A stretch of DNA of 45,616 nucleotides from Kofleriaceae bacterium (GTDB taxonomy: Bacteria; Myxococcota_A; Polyangia; Haliangiales; Haliangiaceae), in the NCBI GenBank assembly GCA_046597055.1, contig JBKJLC010000031.1, forward strand, positions 1 through 45,616, in the 5' to 3' direction. The translations under genes and the position numbers were made by a program. The notes under the pieces are model-generated. The model ran no database searches, was not told where the DNA came from, and saw only the letters and a program-made list of their open reading frames with translations. This document shows, one piece after another, positions 29,190-39,155 of this stretch. The stretch's first letter is position 1. Every line of letters begins with the position of its first letter.

Positions 29190-29535
29190 CTCAGGACCGC
29201 GGGCGAGGCGCCGGGACGGGGAGCCCGGCCATGGCTGGCAGCCGGAGCTCGATGGACAGGATGGCGTAGCCGAAGCTCCCGGCGTCCTGGCGTCGGTAGC
29301 CGACGCGCGCCGCGAGCCCGAGCCCCTGGTCGCCCCGCCAGCCGCCGAGGAAGATCGTAGGGGCCCACCCGCAGGTCGTCCCGACCGGCACGCCCGGTGG
29401 TCCAGGCGGTTGCGTGTGTGCTCGACATGTCGGCCGGCTGCCTGACCTCCGCCGTTCCTGCGCGATCGCCGGAGTCCGCCAGGCCCGGCGGCAAGCGGCA
29501 CCCGCGACCGAGCCGCGACCGGTCAGAGGCGCCGG

Positions 29536-30633
29536 TCAGGCCTCGGCTTCGGCGGCGAGGTCGGCGGCATGCACGGCGAGCGCGACCGCGCGGTCGTCGT
29601 GCCGGATGAGCTCGGGGTCGTGGTGATAGGCCACGGCCTCGACGATCGACGGCGGCAGCCCCCAGATGCCCAGGAGGTAGGCGCCGACCTGGGCGTGGGT
29701 GACCCCGAGCATGCGCCGCTCGACGACGGGCAGCGGATCCTGGCTGGCGGCGACCTCGGCGAGGACCTCGCCGTACCGGTCGCGCATCCCGATCGCCAGG
29801 ACCAGCATGCCGATGTCGCGCACCAGCGCCGCCGTGAACGCCTCGTCCGCGCGCGGCTTGTCGGCGGCGAGTGAGGCGCGCGCGAGCTTGGCCCCGAGGA
29901 TGGCGCGAGACTGGAGCTGGTCGAGCGAGAAGCCCGGCAGCGGCTTCGCCGCCATCCGGGTGAAGACGTGGGCCGACAACGCCAGGCTGCGAAGCAGATC
30001 GCTGCCGAGGTGGCTGACCGCTTCCGCGACCGAGACCAGGGGCCGCGCCAGCCCGAAGTACGATGAGTTGACGAGCTGGAGCACCTTCGCGGACATCGCC
30101 GGGTCCCGCTCGACGATGGCGGCGATCGTCGCCACGCTGCAAGAGGCGCGATCGAGCGCGGCGTTCAGATCGAGATACACCTGCGGGACCGACGGCAACG
30201 CGTCGAGCCGCCCGACCACGTCGCGCAGCACGGGATCCTCGAGGAAACCGTGCAGCCCGCAGACCCGCTCGACCGCGAGCTTGAGCACGTCGGCGTCGCA
30301 CGGCTTGCTGAGAAACTGGTGCGCGACCGACAGGGCGGTCTTCATCACGTCCCGTTCGGCGTGGCCGGACAGGGCGATGCGCCCGGCCGACGGGAAGCGG
30401 TCGCGCACCGCGGTGAGCAGCTCGGCGCCGTCCATCCCGGGCATCCGCATGTCGGTGACGATCACGTCGAACGGCGCGCGCTCGAACGCCTCGAGCGCGG
30501 CCTCCCCGCCCAGCACGAAAGTCATCTCCCACACCTTGCGCTGGCGGTGGAGTAGGTTCCGCAGCGCGTCAAGCACCATCTGGTCATCGTCGACGAGCAG
30601 GACGCGACGCGGCCGTTGGCTGGGGCTTTCCAC
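29536..30633 (-). CDS. Response regulator, REC + HDOD domain
   Basis: VLLVDDD, VTDMRMPGMDG, FLSKP; HDOD motifs LPSVPQVY, DPAMSAKVLQLVNSSYFG, THAQVGAYLLGIWGLP, AYHH. Confidence 0.93.
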   Translation of the reverse strand: MESPSQRPRRVLLVDDDQMVLDALRNLLHRQRKVWEMTFVLGGEAALEAFERAPFDVIVTDMRMPGMDGAELLTAVRDRFPSAGRIALSGHAERDVMKTALSVAHQFLSKPCDADVLKLAVERVCGLHGFLEDPVLRDVVGRLDALPSVPQVYLDLNAALDRASCSVATIAAIVERDPAMSAKVLQLVNSSYFGLARPLVSVAEAVSHLGSDLLRSLALSAHVFTRMAAKPLPGFSLDQLQSRAILGAKLARASLAADKPRADEAFTAALVRDIGMLVLAIGMRDRYGEVLAEVAASQDPLPVVERRMLGVTHAQVGAYLLGIWGLPPSIVEAVAYHHDPELIRHDDRAVALAVHAADLAAEAEA

Positions 30634-30804
30634 ACACCATCACTCGGCCAGTCGCTGGCGGGGTTGAGGGCGGATGGCGGGTCTGAACGAACTGCCGGCG
30701 CGGTCGAACTGCTGGTGAATGCCGGGACTCCATCTGCGCGAGCCACCTGCTCCGCGATCGACCGGTGCGTGGGCGGGTGTGCGCTGATGCTCCGATCGAC
30801 CACC

Positions 30805-32640
30805 ATGGTGGACGATCGCCCACCCCCGACCCGCGCCGACGACATCTACCAGCGCCACCTGGGTCGGGTCCACCTTGTGGCCGATGGGTGGTTCGTCCGG
30901 CTGATGGTGGCCCAGTGGTTGCTCGGGCTGGGGCTTGCGCTGCTCTCGCCCCATGTCTGGGCGGGGACCTCGGCCTCGCTCTACCTCCGCGTCGTCTCCG
31001 CGGCCGGGCTCGGCGGTCTGCTTTCGGGCGCGGTGCTGGTGGTGGCGCGCCTGCGCCCCGGTCGCCCGATCGCCCGGTACACGGTCGCGGCGGCCCAGAT
31101 GCTGTGGTCGGCGCTGCTCATCCACCTCTCCAACGGCCGCATCGAGACCCACTTCCACGTGTTCGGGTCGTTGGCCTGCCTGGCCTCTTACCGCGATTGG
31201 CGGGTGCTCGCGATCGCCGTGGCGGTCCTCGTGGGCGAGCACGGGATCACCAGCCCGACGTGGTGGGTCTTCTCCGAGCACCTGGTCTGGGTGACCTTCA
31301 CGGCGCTGGTGCTGGTGATGGCCACGCGCGCGATCCAGCGCGAGATGCGTGTGCTGGCCGCGCACCAGGCCGGCCTCGAATCAGTGACCGCGACGATCGA
31401 GCACGAGCTCGGTGTGCGCACCGTCGGGCTGCACGGCAGCCGTGAACAGTTCCGCCAGCTGCTGGAGACCGTCCAGGTCACGCCGTTCGAGATGTCGCGA
31501 GGGACCTGGGAAGTGACCTACGTCGGCCCGCAGGGACCACGGCTGCTTGGTTGCCCCGGCCCGGCGTGGCTCGAGCCGGGGTTCTGGGACGCGCGCGTCC
31601 ACGGGGATGACCGCGCGGCGCTGTACGCGCACTTCCAGCACACCACCACCGGCGCCGGCAGGCACGAGGTCGAGGTGCGCCTGCGTGGCGACCACGGACG
31701 GTGGGTGTGGGTGCAGAGCATCGTCGGCGCCGGCGACCCCGACGCCGTGGTCCGCGGCGTGCTCATCGACGTGACCGACCGGCGCCTGCGCGAGCTCGAG
31801 CTCGCGCAGGCCCAGCGGCTGGAGTCGGTGGGCCGGCTCGCGGCCGGCATCGCCCACGAGATCAACACTCCGCTGCAGTACGTCGGCGACAGCGTCCAGT
31901 TTCTCCGCGACGCCTTCGCCGACACCCTGACCGTCGTGCACGCCCATCAGCAGCTGCGCGACGCGTGCGCGGCCGGGACCGCGATCGACGAGCCGATGAG
32001 GCGGGTCGCCGCCGCCGAGGACGCGGTCGACCTGGCCTACCTGGTCGACAACGTGCCACCGGCGCTCGTTCGCTGCACCGTGGGTCTCGAGCGGGTCGCC
32101 ATCCTGGTGCGATCGATGAAGGCGTTCGCCGACATCGATCACGTCGAGAAGACGACGACTGACCTCAACCAAGCGCTGACCACGACGCTGACGATCGCGC
32201 GCAGCGAGTACCAGCATCTGGCCGATGTCGTGCTCGAGCTCGGCGACCTCCCCGCCGTCGATTTCCACGTCGGCGAGATCAACCAAGTGTTCCACAGCCT
32301 GGTCACCAATGCTGCCCACGCGATCGGCGAGGCGGCGGCCGACCGGATCGGCCGCGGCACCATCACGATCGGCACCCGCGTGGTCGCCGAGCACGTTGAG
32401 ATCTCGATCGCCGATAACGGTCGCGGCATCCCCGAAGGCCTCCGGCTTCAGATCTTCCAACCGTTCTTCACCACCAAGCCGGTCGGCCAGGGCACCGGCC
32501 AGGGCCTCGCGATCGCGCACAGTATCGTGGTCGACAAACACGGCGGTACGCTCGACGTCTCCAGCGAGCTCGGCGCTGGCACGACCTTCAGGATTCGCCT
32601 CCCGATCGCGGGCACGGTCAGACGCGCCGCGTCGGCGTAG
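30805..32640 (+). CDS. Membrane sensor histidine kinase (multi-TM, PAS, HisKA, HATPase)
   Basis: TM domain GRIETHFHVFGSLACLASYRDWR; PAS ARVHGDDR...GRWVWV; AHEINTP, NAAHAI, DNGRGI, FFTTK, GTGQGL. Confidence 0.93.
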   Translation: MVDDRPPPTRADDIYQRHLGRVHLVADGWFVRLMVAQWLLGLGLALLSPHVWAGTSASLYLRVVSAAGLGGLLSGAVLVVARLRPGRPIARYTVAAAQMLWSALLIHLSNGRIETHFHVFGSLACLASYRDWRVLAIAVAVLVGEHGITSPTWWVFSEHLVWVTFTALVLVMATRAIQREMRVLAAHQAGLESVTATIEHELGVRTVGLHGSREQFRQLLETVQVTPFEMSRGTWEVTYVGPQGPRLLGCPGPAWLEPGFWDARVHGDDRAALYAHFQHTTTGAGRHEVEVRLRGDHGRWVWVQSIVGAGDPDAVVRGVLIDVTDRRLRELELAQAQRLESVGRLAAGIAHEINTPLQYVGDSVQFLRDAFADTLTVVHAHQQLRDACAAGTAIDEPMRRVAAAEDAVDLAYLVDNVPPALVRCTVGLERVAILVRSMKAFADIDHVEKTTTDLNQALTTTLTIARSEYQHLADVVLELGDLPAVDFHVGEINQVFHSLVTNAAHAIGEAAADRIGRGTITIGTRVVAEHVEISIADNGRGIPEGLRLQIFQPFFTTKPVGQGTGQGLAIAHSIVVDKHGGTLDVSSELGAGTTFRIRLPIAGTVRRAASA

Positions 32641-32798
32641 CCGACCCGACAGGCTGCTTGCGATGGTGAGTCGAGCCGGCCGTTCACGGCGTTACGCGGC
32701 ACCGCCCGGCCGATCACCGACGATCAGCGCGATCCGGTCGGCCACCCGAAGCGAACGCCCAGGCGGCAGGTCCCCATCCTGCGGTACACTGGCCGTTC

Positions 32799-34730
32799 GT
32801 GCCGGTAGCACCTCTCCAGACCCGAGGCGTCTTGCTCGCGATCAGCCTGGCGGTCCTGACCGTCGCGGCGTGCGGCTTCAGCGCCGACTTCGCCGGCACG
32901 CGGTATCGCTGCGGCGCTGGCGGCGCCTGCCCGGTCGGCTTCACGTGCGTGGCCGACGCGTGCCGGCCCGACGACGACCCGCTCGATGCGGCGCTCGACG
33001 GGGCGGGTCCGCGAACCTGGCGCAGCGACACCTCCGCCGACTTCACGACCGCCGGCTTCGTGGCCGTCAGCGCCGCGGTCGATCCGCGCGGCGCGATCGA
33101 GCCGTTCGCGTACTACACCGGCGGCGTGCTCGTGCGCGCCAGCGCGACCGCGCTCGGCACGTCGGCGGCGACCTGGGAACAGGCTAGCGCGGCCGAGACC
33201 ACCCCGTGGAGCGCGCTCACGCGCTCGACCGACGTCGCGTACGGCGCCGGCGTTCCGCCGGGCCTGGGCCTGACCAGCCCGGACGCGTGGACCCTGCGCT
33301 TCGAGGGCGAGGTCTGGCTCGAGGCCGGCGACTGGACCTTCCTCTTGCTCGTCGACGACCACGGGTTCCTCGACGTGGCCGACGCCGCCGGCAGCTTCCG
33401 CCGCGTGGTCAGCGCCGCCTTCCCGGACGAGCGCGAGGGCGTCGTCAGCGTCGCGGTCGCCGGCTGGTACCCGGTGCGCTGGGTCGCGTCGGACGAAATC
33501 CGCTCTGGGTCGTGGCGACTCCGGTTCCGCGGTCCCGGCATGGCCGCGCCGACCGCGACCCCGCGCGACCGCCTGCGCGTCCGCGTCGACGCGATCGACG
33601 GTCTGGTGCTGACGGCATTCGACGGCGAGCGGCTGGCCGGCTCGCCGGCGATCACGATCGACGCGACCGCGCCGGCCAGCGTCGACTGGGCGCTGGCCGC
33701 GCCGACCGACCTCGGCCTGACGCGGGTCGACGACTTCAGCACCCGGTGGTCGGGGCAACTCTACGTCGAGGTCGCTGGCACCTATCGCCTGCGCTACGTC
33801 AGCGATGACGGCCAGCGCCTGTGGATCGACGGCGTCCTCGTGCTCGACGTGTGGGACGGCGCCAGCCACGAGCGGGTGTCGCCGCCGCTCGAGCTCGCGG
33901 CCGGATGGCTCGACGTCGTGATCGATCACAGCGAGCGGGCCGGGCGCGCGAAGGCGCAGCTCACGATCGATAGCGGCCCCGACCTGGGCGGACAGCCGCT
34001 GCCGGTCGCGCGGCTGCGGCCGGTGGAGGGCCGCGGCGAGCGCCACGAGACCGCCGGCAACCCGACCGACATTCCCATCCCGGACGCACCGAGCGCCACC
34101 GTCGACGGCGTCGCCAGCTCGACGGTCACGCTCACCGCGCCGCCCGGGGCGGTGGTGCGCGGCCTCGACGTCGGCTTCCGCTACGACCACGAAAACCAGG
34201 CCGGCCTGACGATCGTGCTCGTCGCCCCGGACGGGCGGGTCGCGACCTTGCGCGACCAGACCGGCACCGCCGCCGGCACGATCACCGAGCAGCACCACCG
34301 CACCGATCTCGACGGCGCGCCCGCCGGCGGCACATGGACTCTGCGCTTCACCGACGTCGAGCCGGCCGCGGTCGGGACCATCCGCGACGTCCAGCTCACC
34401 GTGCACACCGCCGGCGCGGGCCAGCCGCCGATCGCGAACACCGCGACGTTCGACTCGGCGCCATACGACCTCGGGAGCGTCGCCACCCTCGGCGCGGTCC
34501 GCTGGCACAGCCGCCAACCCGAGGGCACCAGCGTCGCCGTCCGGCTGCGCACGTGCGGGACCGCGGCGGCGTGCGCGCAGGCGCCCTGGTCGGCGGCCCT
34601 CCCTGATCCGACCGGCTCGGTCCCGTCGCTGCCACCCGCGGCGTTCGCGCAGTACCGGATCGAGCTTACCTCGACCGGCGACCGCGCCGCCTCGCTCGAG
34701 TCGATCGAGGTCGACTACCACCGACCGTGA
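32799..34730 (+). CDS. Lipoprotein with two PA14-like domains and a proprotein-convertase P-like domain
   Basis: VAAC lipobox; CGAGGACPVGFTC; DAWTLRFEGEV...VDDHG; DDFSTRWSGQL...SDDGQRLWIDG; IPIPD...LVAPDG...GTWTLRFTD. Confidence 0.85.
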   Translation: MPVAPLQTRGVLLAISLAVLTVAACGFSADFAGTRYRCGAGGACPVGFTCVADACRPDDDPLDAALDGAGPRTWRSDTSADFTTAGFVAVSAAVDPRGAIEPFAYYTGGVLVRASATALGTSAATWEQASAAETTPWSALTRSTDVAYGAGVPPGLGLTSPDAWTLRFEGEVWLEAGDWTFLLLVDDHGFLDVADAAGSFRRVVSAAFPDEREGVVSVAVAGWYPVRWVASDEIRSGSWRLRFRGPGMAAPTATPRDRLRVRVDAIDGLVLTAFDGERLAGSPAITIDATAPASVDWALAAPTDLGLTRVDDFSTRWSGQLYVEVAGTYRLRYVSDDGQRLWIDGVLVLDVWDGASHERVSPPLELAAGWLDVVIDHSERAGRAKAQLTIDSGPDLGGQPLPVARLRPVEGRGERHETAGNPTDIPIPDAPSATVDGVASSTVTLTAPPGAVVRGLDVGFRYDHENQAGLTIVLVAPDGRVATLRDQTGTAAGTITEQHHRTDLDGAPAGGTWTLRFTDVEPAAVGTIRDVQLTVHTAGAGQPPIANTATFDSAPYDLGSVATLGAVRWHSRQPEGTSVAVRLRTCGTAAACAQAPWSAALPDPTGSVPSLPPAAFAQYRIELTSTGDRAASLESIEVDYHRP

Positions 34731-34760
34731 CGGCTCGGTCGCGCGGCGGCCACTCGAGCC

Positions 34761-34782
34761 CGTGGCGGAGCCCTCCGCCACG
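34761..34782. terminator. Hairpin between convergent genes
   Basis: CGTGGCGGAG-cc-CTCCGCCACG, a perfect inverted repeat 30 nt after the stop at 34730. Confidence 0.5.
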
Positions 34783-34938
34783 TCCTGCCCGTCGACGGCC
34801 AGCCAACCGCGCGGCTGCATCGACGAGCTGCATTCCACGATCGGACGGACGGCGTGGTGGTGCGGTCGCAGCGACGCAGCTGGGTGGAAGCGCTCGTCGA
34901 TCTCGATGCCGTCGACCTCGACCGAAGAAGTGCTGCGC

Positions 34939-35415
34939 TCAGGGGCAGCGCCGGACCTCGTCAAGCGAGCTCGCCAGCAGAGGGCATCGTCGCCCCTCGC
35001 TCGACATCTGCTGGCACCGCCGCAACAGCCGCGGTCGCGCTTGTTCGAAGCGCGTGTCGGCCGCCTCGGTTCCTTCGCGCGCCGCGAACAGCCCGTGCAC
35101 GTGAGCTAGCACCTCGGCGCACTCGCGGGACGAGCTCCGGGCACCACCGCCCCACGCCACCGCGCCGACCGTCACGGCGACTGACGCCGCGACCACGAGC
35201 AGGGCAGCGCGACCACCGAGCCCCGAATCGCTGCCGGTCGAGCGCAGCCAGAGGCCGCGGAGGCCGACCAGCGCCAGCATCGCTCCGAACCCGAATCCCG
35301 CGACGTTTCCCCACTGATACCCGTTGACCGGCGCGGTTGGCCCGCCCTGGGAGAGGTCCGAGTACATGATGGCCGCGCCCGCCACGAGCGCGAGCAGATA
35401 CAGGAGTGTTCTCAT
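34939..35415 (-). CDS. Hypothetical 3-TM membrane protein with a Cys-containing C-terminal domain
   Basis: Three hydrophobic segments followed by ECAEVLAHV...RCQQ...RC...RRC. Confidence 0.6.
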   Translation of the reverse strand: MRTLLYLLALVAGAAIMYSDLSQGGPTAPVNGYQWGNVAGFGFGAMLALVGLRGLWLRSTGSDSGLGGRAALLVVAASVAVTVGAVAWGGGARSSSRECAEVLAHVHGLFAAREGTEAADTRFEQARPRLLRRCQQMSSEGRRCPLLASSLDEVRRCP

Positions 35416-35569
35416 AATGCGCCCCTATCGCATCGCCTGTCGGCCGGTTGCGGCCGAAGATGGCGAGCGCCGATGACGCGCGATGCTTCTCGACGCGCGG
35501 TATCGCGGACTCGACGAGCGGCCGCTCGCGCGGCCGTGCCCGGGCACTCGGGCTGCCCCGCGTCGGAGG

Positions 35570-38500
35570 TCACGGCGTCGGCGCGGTGAACCGGTACACC
35601 GAGAGCGCGGTGGACTCGATCTCGGTGCTCCACCGGGCATGGACGTTGACATAGACGTTCCACGAGCTCGCCGCCGAGCCCGGGGGCTGCCACCCGAACA
35701 CCGGGTCCGCCGACCATCCCGTCCGCAACCAGACGTACTCGCCGGTCGCGTGGTTGTACGCGTAGAACTGGTACTCGGGTACGCCCGCGGAGCAGGTCGA
35801 CGAGGCCGTGAGCGTGACCGGGCGGCCTGCAGTCGCCGGCGCCGGCGTCGAGAAAGTCAGTGCCACCGACTCGCAATGACCCGGTGCATGGGCCGAGAAC
35901 GAGTGGACCGTGGTCGGGACCGGCGCCTCGGAGAAGTTGGGGTGATCGCCTTCGGTCGAGCGCACCTCGAGGAACAGGCGCGAGGTGTCGCCTTCGAGCT
36001 TGCCCGCGCCCCAGCGGAAGATCGGGCTGGTCTGCCAGGCGCCATCGTTGAACCACGTGTAGATGCCAGTCCGGTAGTTCTGCTCGAGCATGCGGTACTG
36101 CGGCGCACCGCGGGTGCAGGTCGAGCGGGCGGTGAAGGTCAGCTCACCGAACGGATGCACCTCGGTCTCGGCGGTGGTCACGCCGGCGGGGAGGATCGAA
36201 TCGAACGCGGCGGTCTCGCACCGCGCCGGCGGCCGGGTCACGCTGGCGTCGGCGATGGCCCACACCGGGTTGGTGTACGCCAGGCGCGGGATGCAGTCGC
36301 CCTGCAAGCGCTGCGTGCGGCGCGCGGCGGAGCGATCGACCGCACAGCCTCCGGCCGGGACCCGGCCGTCGGTCCTGGCGAAGGCGCGCACGTACAGGCG
36401 CTCGGTGACCACGCCGCGGGCCAGGGCCAGATCGGTGGCGTCGCCGACCCGGAACACCAGGGGATCGATCGCGACGTGGCGCGTGCCGCCCATCGGAGCG
36501 GCCGAGGTGTCGATGCGGAGCCGCCCGTCGCGCGAGGGATCGACGAAGTAGCCGTCATCGAGCTGACCGCCGGCCAGCCACCGGTTCTGGTCGTTGAACC
36601 AGTGGGCGACCGCGCCAGGTCGATCGGCGTCGCTACGGACCCCGTGGAAGGCGGGTGCGTACACGCGCGGTGGGTGCGGGAAGCCGCTCCAGCCGCGGTC
36701 CTGGGCCAGCGCGCCCACGTAGAGGTCGATCCCGGTCACCGGGCCGAACTCGGCCGTCGACTTCCACTCGACCAGGAGCGGGGGCGGACCGTCGAGCGGG
36801 TGGAAGGGCAGCGTCCCGCCCATCGGAATGTCGGCGTCGTCGATCTCGTCGTTGCGATTCACGTCCCAGGCCAGGCGCAGCGCCGGTCCATCGGTGACGG
36901 TGAACTCGCCGCGGGCCAGCGCGCCGAAGACCTGATCCTGGGTGAGCGTGCGGCTGTCGAGCTCGGTCGACAGCGCGGGGCCTTCGGGGGCACCGGTGTG
37001 GACCAGGTTGCGCGGCGTGCCCATGACCGTGTCCGTCAGATCGTCGATGTCGTCATTGGCGTCGGTGCCGGTCATCACGACCATGTAGCCCTTGCGCCGG
37101 TAGTTGAGGTCGCCGTGGGCGTCGGAGCCGCCGGCCATGAAGACCCGCCGGGGCTGGTTCGCGGGCAGCCAGCGCAGGCCGCGGGTCTGGTCGGGATCGA
37201 GGCCCTTGAGCAGCAGCTGATCCCAGGCCGCGGTGCCCTGGTAGAGCTCGCGGAACACCCCCGGTCGATCCTCGGACTCCTGCCAGGCGGTCGCGGTCCC
37301 GACCCACGGCAGGAGCCGGTCGAGATCGAACGTGGCGTCGATGGTCCGGCGCGTGTTCGAGTTCCACAGCTGCAGGCCCAGGAAGTGCTGCGACGCGAAC
37401 GCGTCGTCGAGCTGGACCGAGGAGTACGGGATGATGTCCGGACCCAGGCTGCTCGCGCCGGTGCTGGTCGGGAAATCCAGCGGGTGGGCGAGGAAGAAGT
37501 CGCCGAGCGCCTGGTGATCGTAGCGGCTCAGCAGGTCGCCGAGCCGGTAGCGCGCGCCGCCGTAGTAGGTGGTGTCGCTGGCCAGGAAGCCTTCGGCGCC
37601 GGTGGCGGCGCGGGGCAGATGCAGCAGGTGCTGGCGCGCCTCTGCCATCTGCGTGCCCTGCATGTCGCGGATGGTCCAGCGACCGTCGCCGCGCGACACG
37701 CCCAGCTGAGCCGGCTTGCACTCGTCGAGCAGCAGATCCGGGATCCACGGGATCTTCTTGTAGGCATCGCAGGCGGCGCGGATGTCGTAGCGCAGCCCGT
37801 AGTCGGCTCCGAGCGCGGCGCCGAAGCCGTTGCCGAAGCGCAGCTCGGTCTGGCGATCGACCGTCTCGGGCACGACGTCGACCTCGCCGCCCAGGAAGAT
37901 GCGCGGGGCGCGGGCGCGGGTCGGCGTGACCAGCCGCGGCTCGCTGGCGGCGTCCTGGTTGGCACCGCCGGGCAGGTTGAGCCAGCCCCACAGGTGGCGG
38001 AAGCGCTCCGGGCTCATGTCGCGCAGCGCGTTCCGGCGCTCGGTCGGATGCAGCGGGTCGAAGATGTCCCCGAGGTTCGAGAACAGATCGACGTCGTCGA
38101 TCTGCGGGCTGCTGGAGGCGTGCTCGCTGGCGAGGGCGAAGTCGAGGCCGATCGCGGCCATGGCGTGGAGCACGCCGCGATACGCGTAGCCGGACTCACC
38201 CTCGTTGTCGGTGCCCTGCGAGTGGTAGTGCAGGTCGCCGTACGCCCACGTGGTGTCATCGAAGCGCGGCAGCGGGGCCTCGGCCAGCCGGACGCTGACG
38301 CCGTTCTTGAGCACGACGTCGCTGAAGGTGACGTAGCCGGGATGATCGGGATCGTTGCGGTCGATGCGCGTGGCTCGCAGCTCGAAATCGAGGCGGACGT
38401 CGCGGCCCGGGGTCACGGGTCCGGCCGGCCGGTAGTGGACGAGGCCGTGCCACTCGCTGGCATGGGACAGCTCGGCCAGGCCGGCGCAGGACTGCCCCGC

Positions 38501-39052
38501 CCACCGCTTGCACAGCGTGTGCGTGGGCGCCGGTGCGCCTTCCTTGGGCCAGGGCCCGATGACGCGCTCGACCTCGTGGAACTGGTCGAGCGCGAAGTCG
38601 GTCGCGCCGAAGCCCGGCTCGATCACCCGCAGGTTGACGAACTGACCCAGCGCGACGTCGGTCAGCACCTGGGTGCCGAACCGCGAGGTGGTCAACCGCA
38701 CGCTATCGCCGTGGTCACCGGCCAGGTGCGCATCGTCGATGGTGATGACGATGGGGATCGTGCCGTACTCCAGCGTCGCGGAGCCGGGACGGAGGGTGGG
38801 CTCGATGCGCCAGGGCGCGTCCACGGCGAACTCGTAGTCGCCCTCCGCGCCGTACAAGGCGCGCTCCTGCGTGCCGAGCGATGCGGGCGGCTCGCCCGTG
38901 CAGCCGGTTGCCAGCGCGAGACCCAGCGCCACGGAGCCGATGCGTCGACCGGGTACACCGGGGGCCAACGATGGCGGGGCGAGCGCGGGTCGGGCTCTGC
39001 ATCCAGCGTCCCTGGGGGGGAGCCGGGCGGGTAGCGAGAAGGGTTGGGTCAT
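35570..39052 (-). CDS. Large exported PHP-type metallohydrolase (CehA/McbA-like) with two C-terminal beta-sandwich (Y_Y_Y-like) domains
   Basis: Metal-ligand motifs GDLHYHS, ASEH, FLAHP, GGSDAHGD; lipobox-like LATGC; C-terminal repeats FTARSTCTRGAPQYRM and LTASSTCSAGVPEYQFY. Confidence 0.82.
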   Translation of the reverse strand: MTQPFSLPARLPPRDAGCRARPALAPPSLAPGVPGRRIGSVALGLALATGCTGEPPASLGTQERALYGAEGDYEFAVDAPWRIEPTLRPGSATLEYGTIPIVITIDDAHLAGDHGDSVRLTTSRFGTQVLTDVALGQFVNLRVIEPGFGATDFALDQFHEVERVIGPWPKEGAPAPTHTLCKRWAGQSCAGLAELSHASEWHGLVHYRPAGPVTPGRDVRLDFELRATRIDRNDPDHPGYVTFSDVVLKNGVSVRLAEAPLPRFDDTTWAYGDLHYHSQGTDNEGESGYAYRGVLHAMAAIGLDFALASEHASSSPQIDDVDLFSNLGDIFDPLHPTERRNALRDMSPERFRHLWGWLNLPGGANQDAASEPRLVTPTRARAPRIFLGGEVDVVPETVDRQTELRFGNGFGAALGADYGLRYDIRAACDAYKKIPWIPDLLLDECKPAQLGVSRGDGRWTIRDMQGTQMAEARQHLLHLPRAATGAEGFLASDTTYYGGARYRLGDLLSRYDHQALGDFFLAHPLDFPTSTGASSLGPDIIPYSSVQLDDAFASQHFLGLQLWNSNTRRTIDATFDLDRLLPWVGTATAWQESEDRPGVFRELYQGTAAWDQLLLKGLDPDQTRGLRWLPANQPRRVFMAGGSDAHGDLNYRRKGYMVVMTGTDANDDIDDLTDTVMGTPRNLVHTGAPEGPALSTELDSRTLTQDQVFGALARGEFTVTDGPALRLAWDVNRNDEIDDADIPMGGTLPFHPLDGPPPLLVEWKSTAEFGPVTGIDLYVGALAQDRGWSGFPHPPRVYAPAFHGVRSDADRPGAVAHWFNDQNRWLAGGQLDDGYFVDPSRDGRLRIDTSAAPMGGTRHVAIDPLVFRVGDATDLALARGVVTERLYVRAFARTDGRVPAGGCAVDRSAARRTQRLQGDCIPRLAYTNPVWAIADASVTRPPARCETAAFDSILPAGVTTAETEVHPFGELTFTARSTCTRGAPQYRMLEQNYRTGIYTWFNDGAWQTSPIFRWGAGKLEGDTSRLFLEVRSTEGDHPNFSEAPVPTTVHSFSAHAPGHCESVALTFSTPAPATAGRPVTLTASSTCSAGVPEYQFYAYNHATGEYVWLRTGWSADPVFGWQPPGSAASSWNVYVNVHARWSTEIESTALSVYRFTAPTP

Positions 39053-39065
39053 ACCGACGGCGCAT

Positions 39066-39081
39066 TGCACCCGACGTACCG
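39066..39081 (-). promoter_or_regulatory. sigma54 -24/-12 promoter of the PHP hydrolase gene
   Basis: CGGTACGTCGGGTGCA (GG-N10-GC); the GC lies about 15 nt before ATG 39052. Confidence 0.55.
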
Positions 39082-39115
39082 CGCGCGCAGGCTCGCAACC
39101 CCGCCAGATCCGTGG

Positions 39116-39154
39116 CCCTGTCACCGGCCGGGCGGTGACAGGGGGCGGTGACAG
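39116..39154. promoter_or_regulatory. Putative enhancer (UAS) repeats; may also act as a terminator hairpin
   Basis: CCCTGTCACCG-N6-CGGTGACAGGG, plus a second GGCGGTGACAG. Confidence 0.55.
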
Positions 39155-39155
39155 C

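Noticed and set aside
29191..29391. 66-aa ORF resembling a beta-strand C-terminal fragment
   Set aside because: No RBS or recognisable family; too short to support a call
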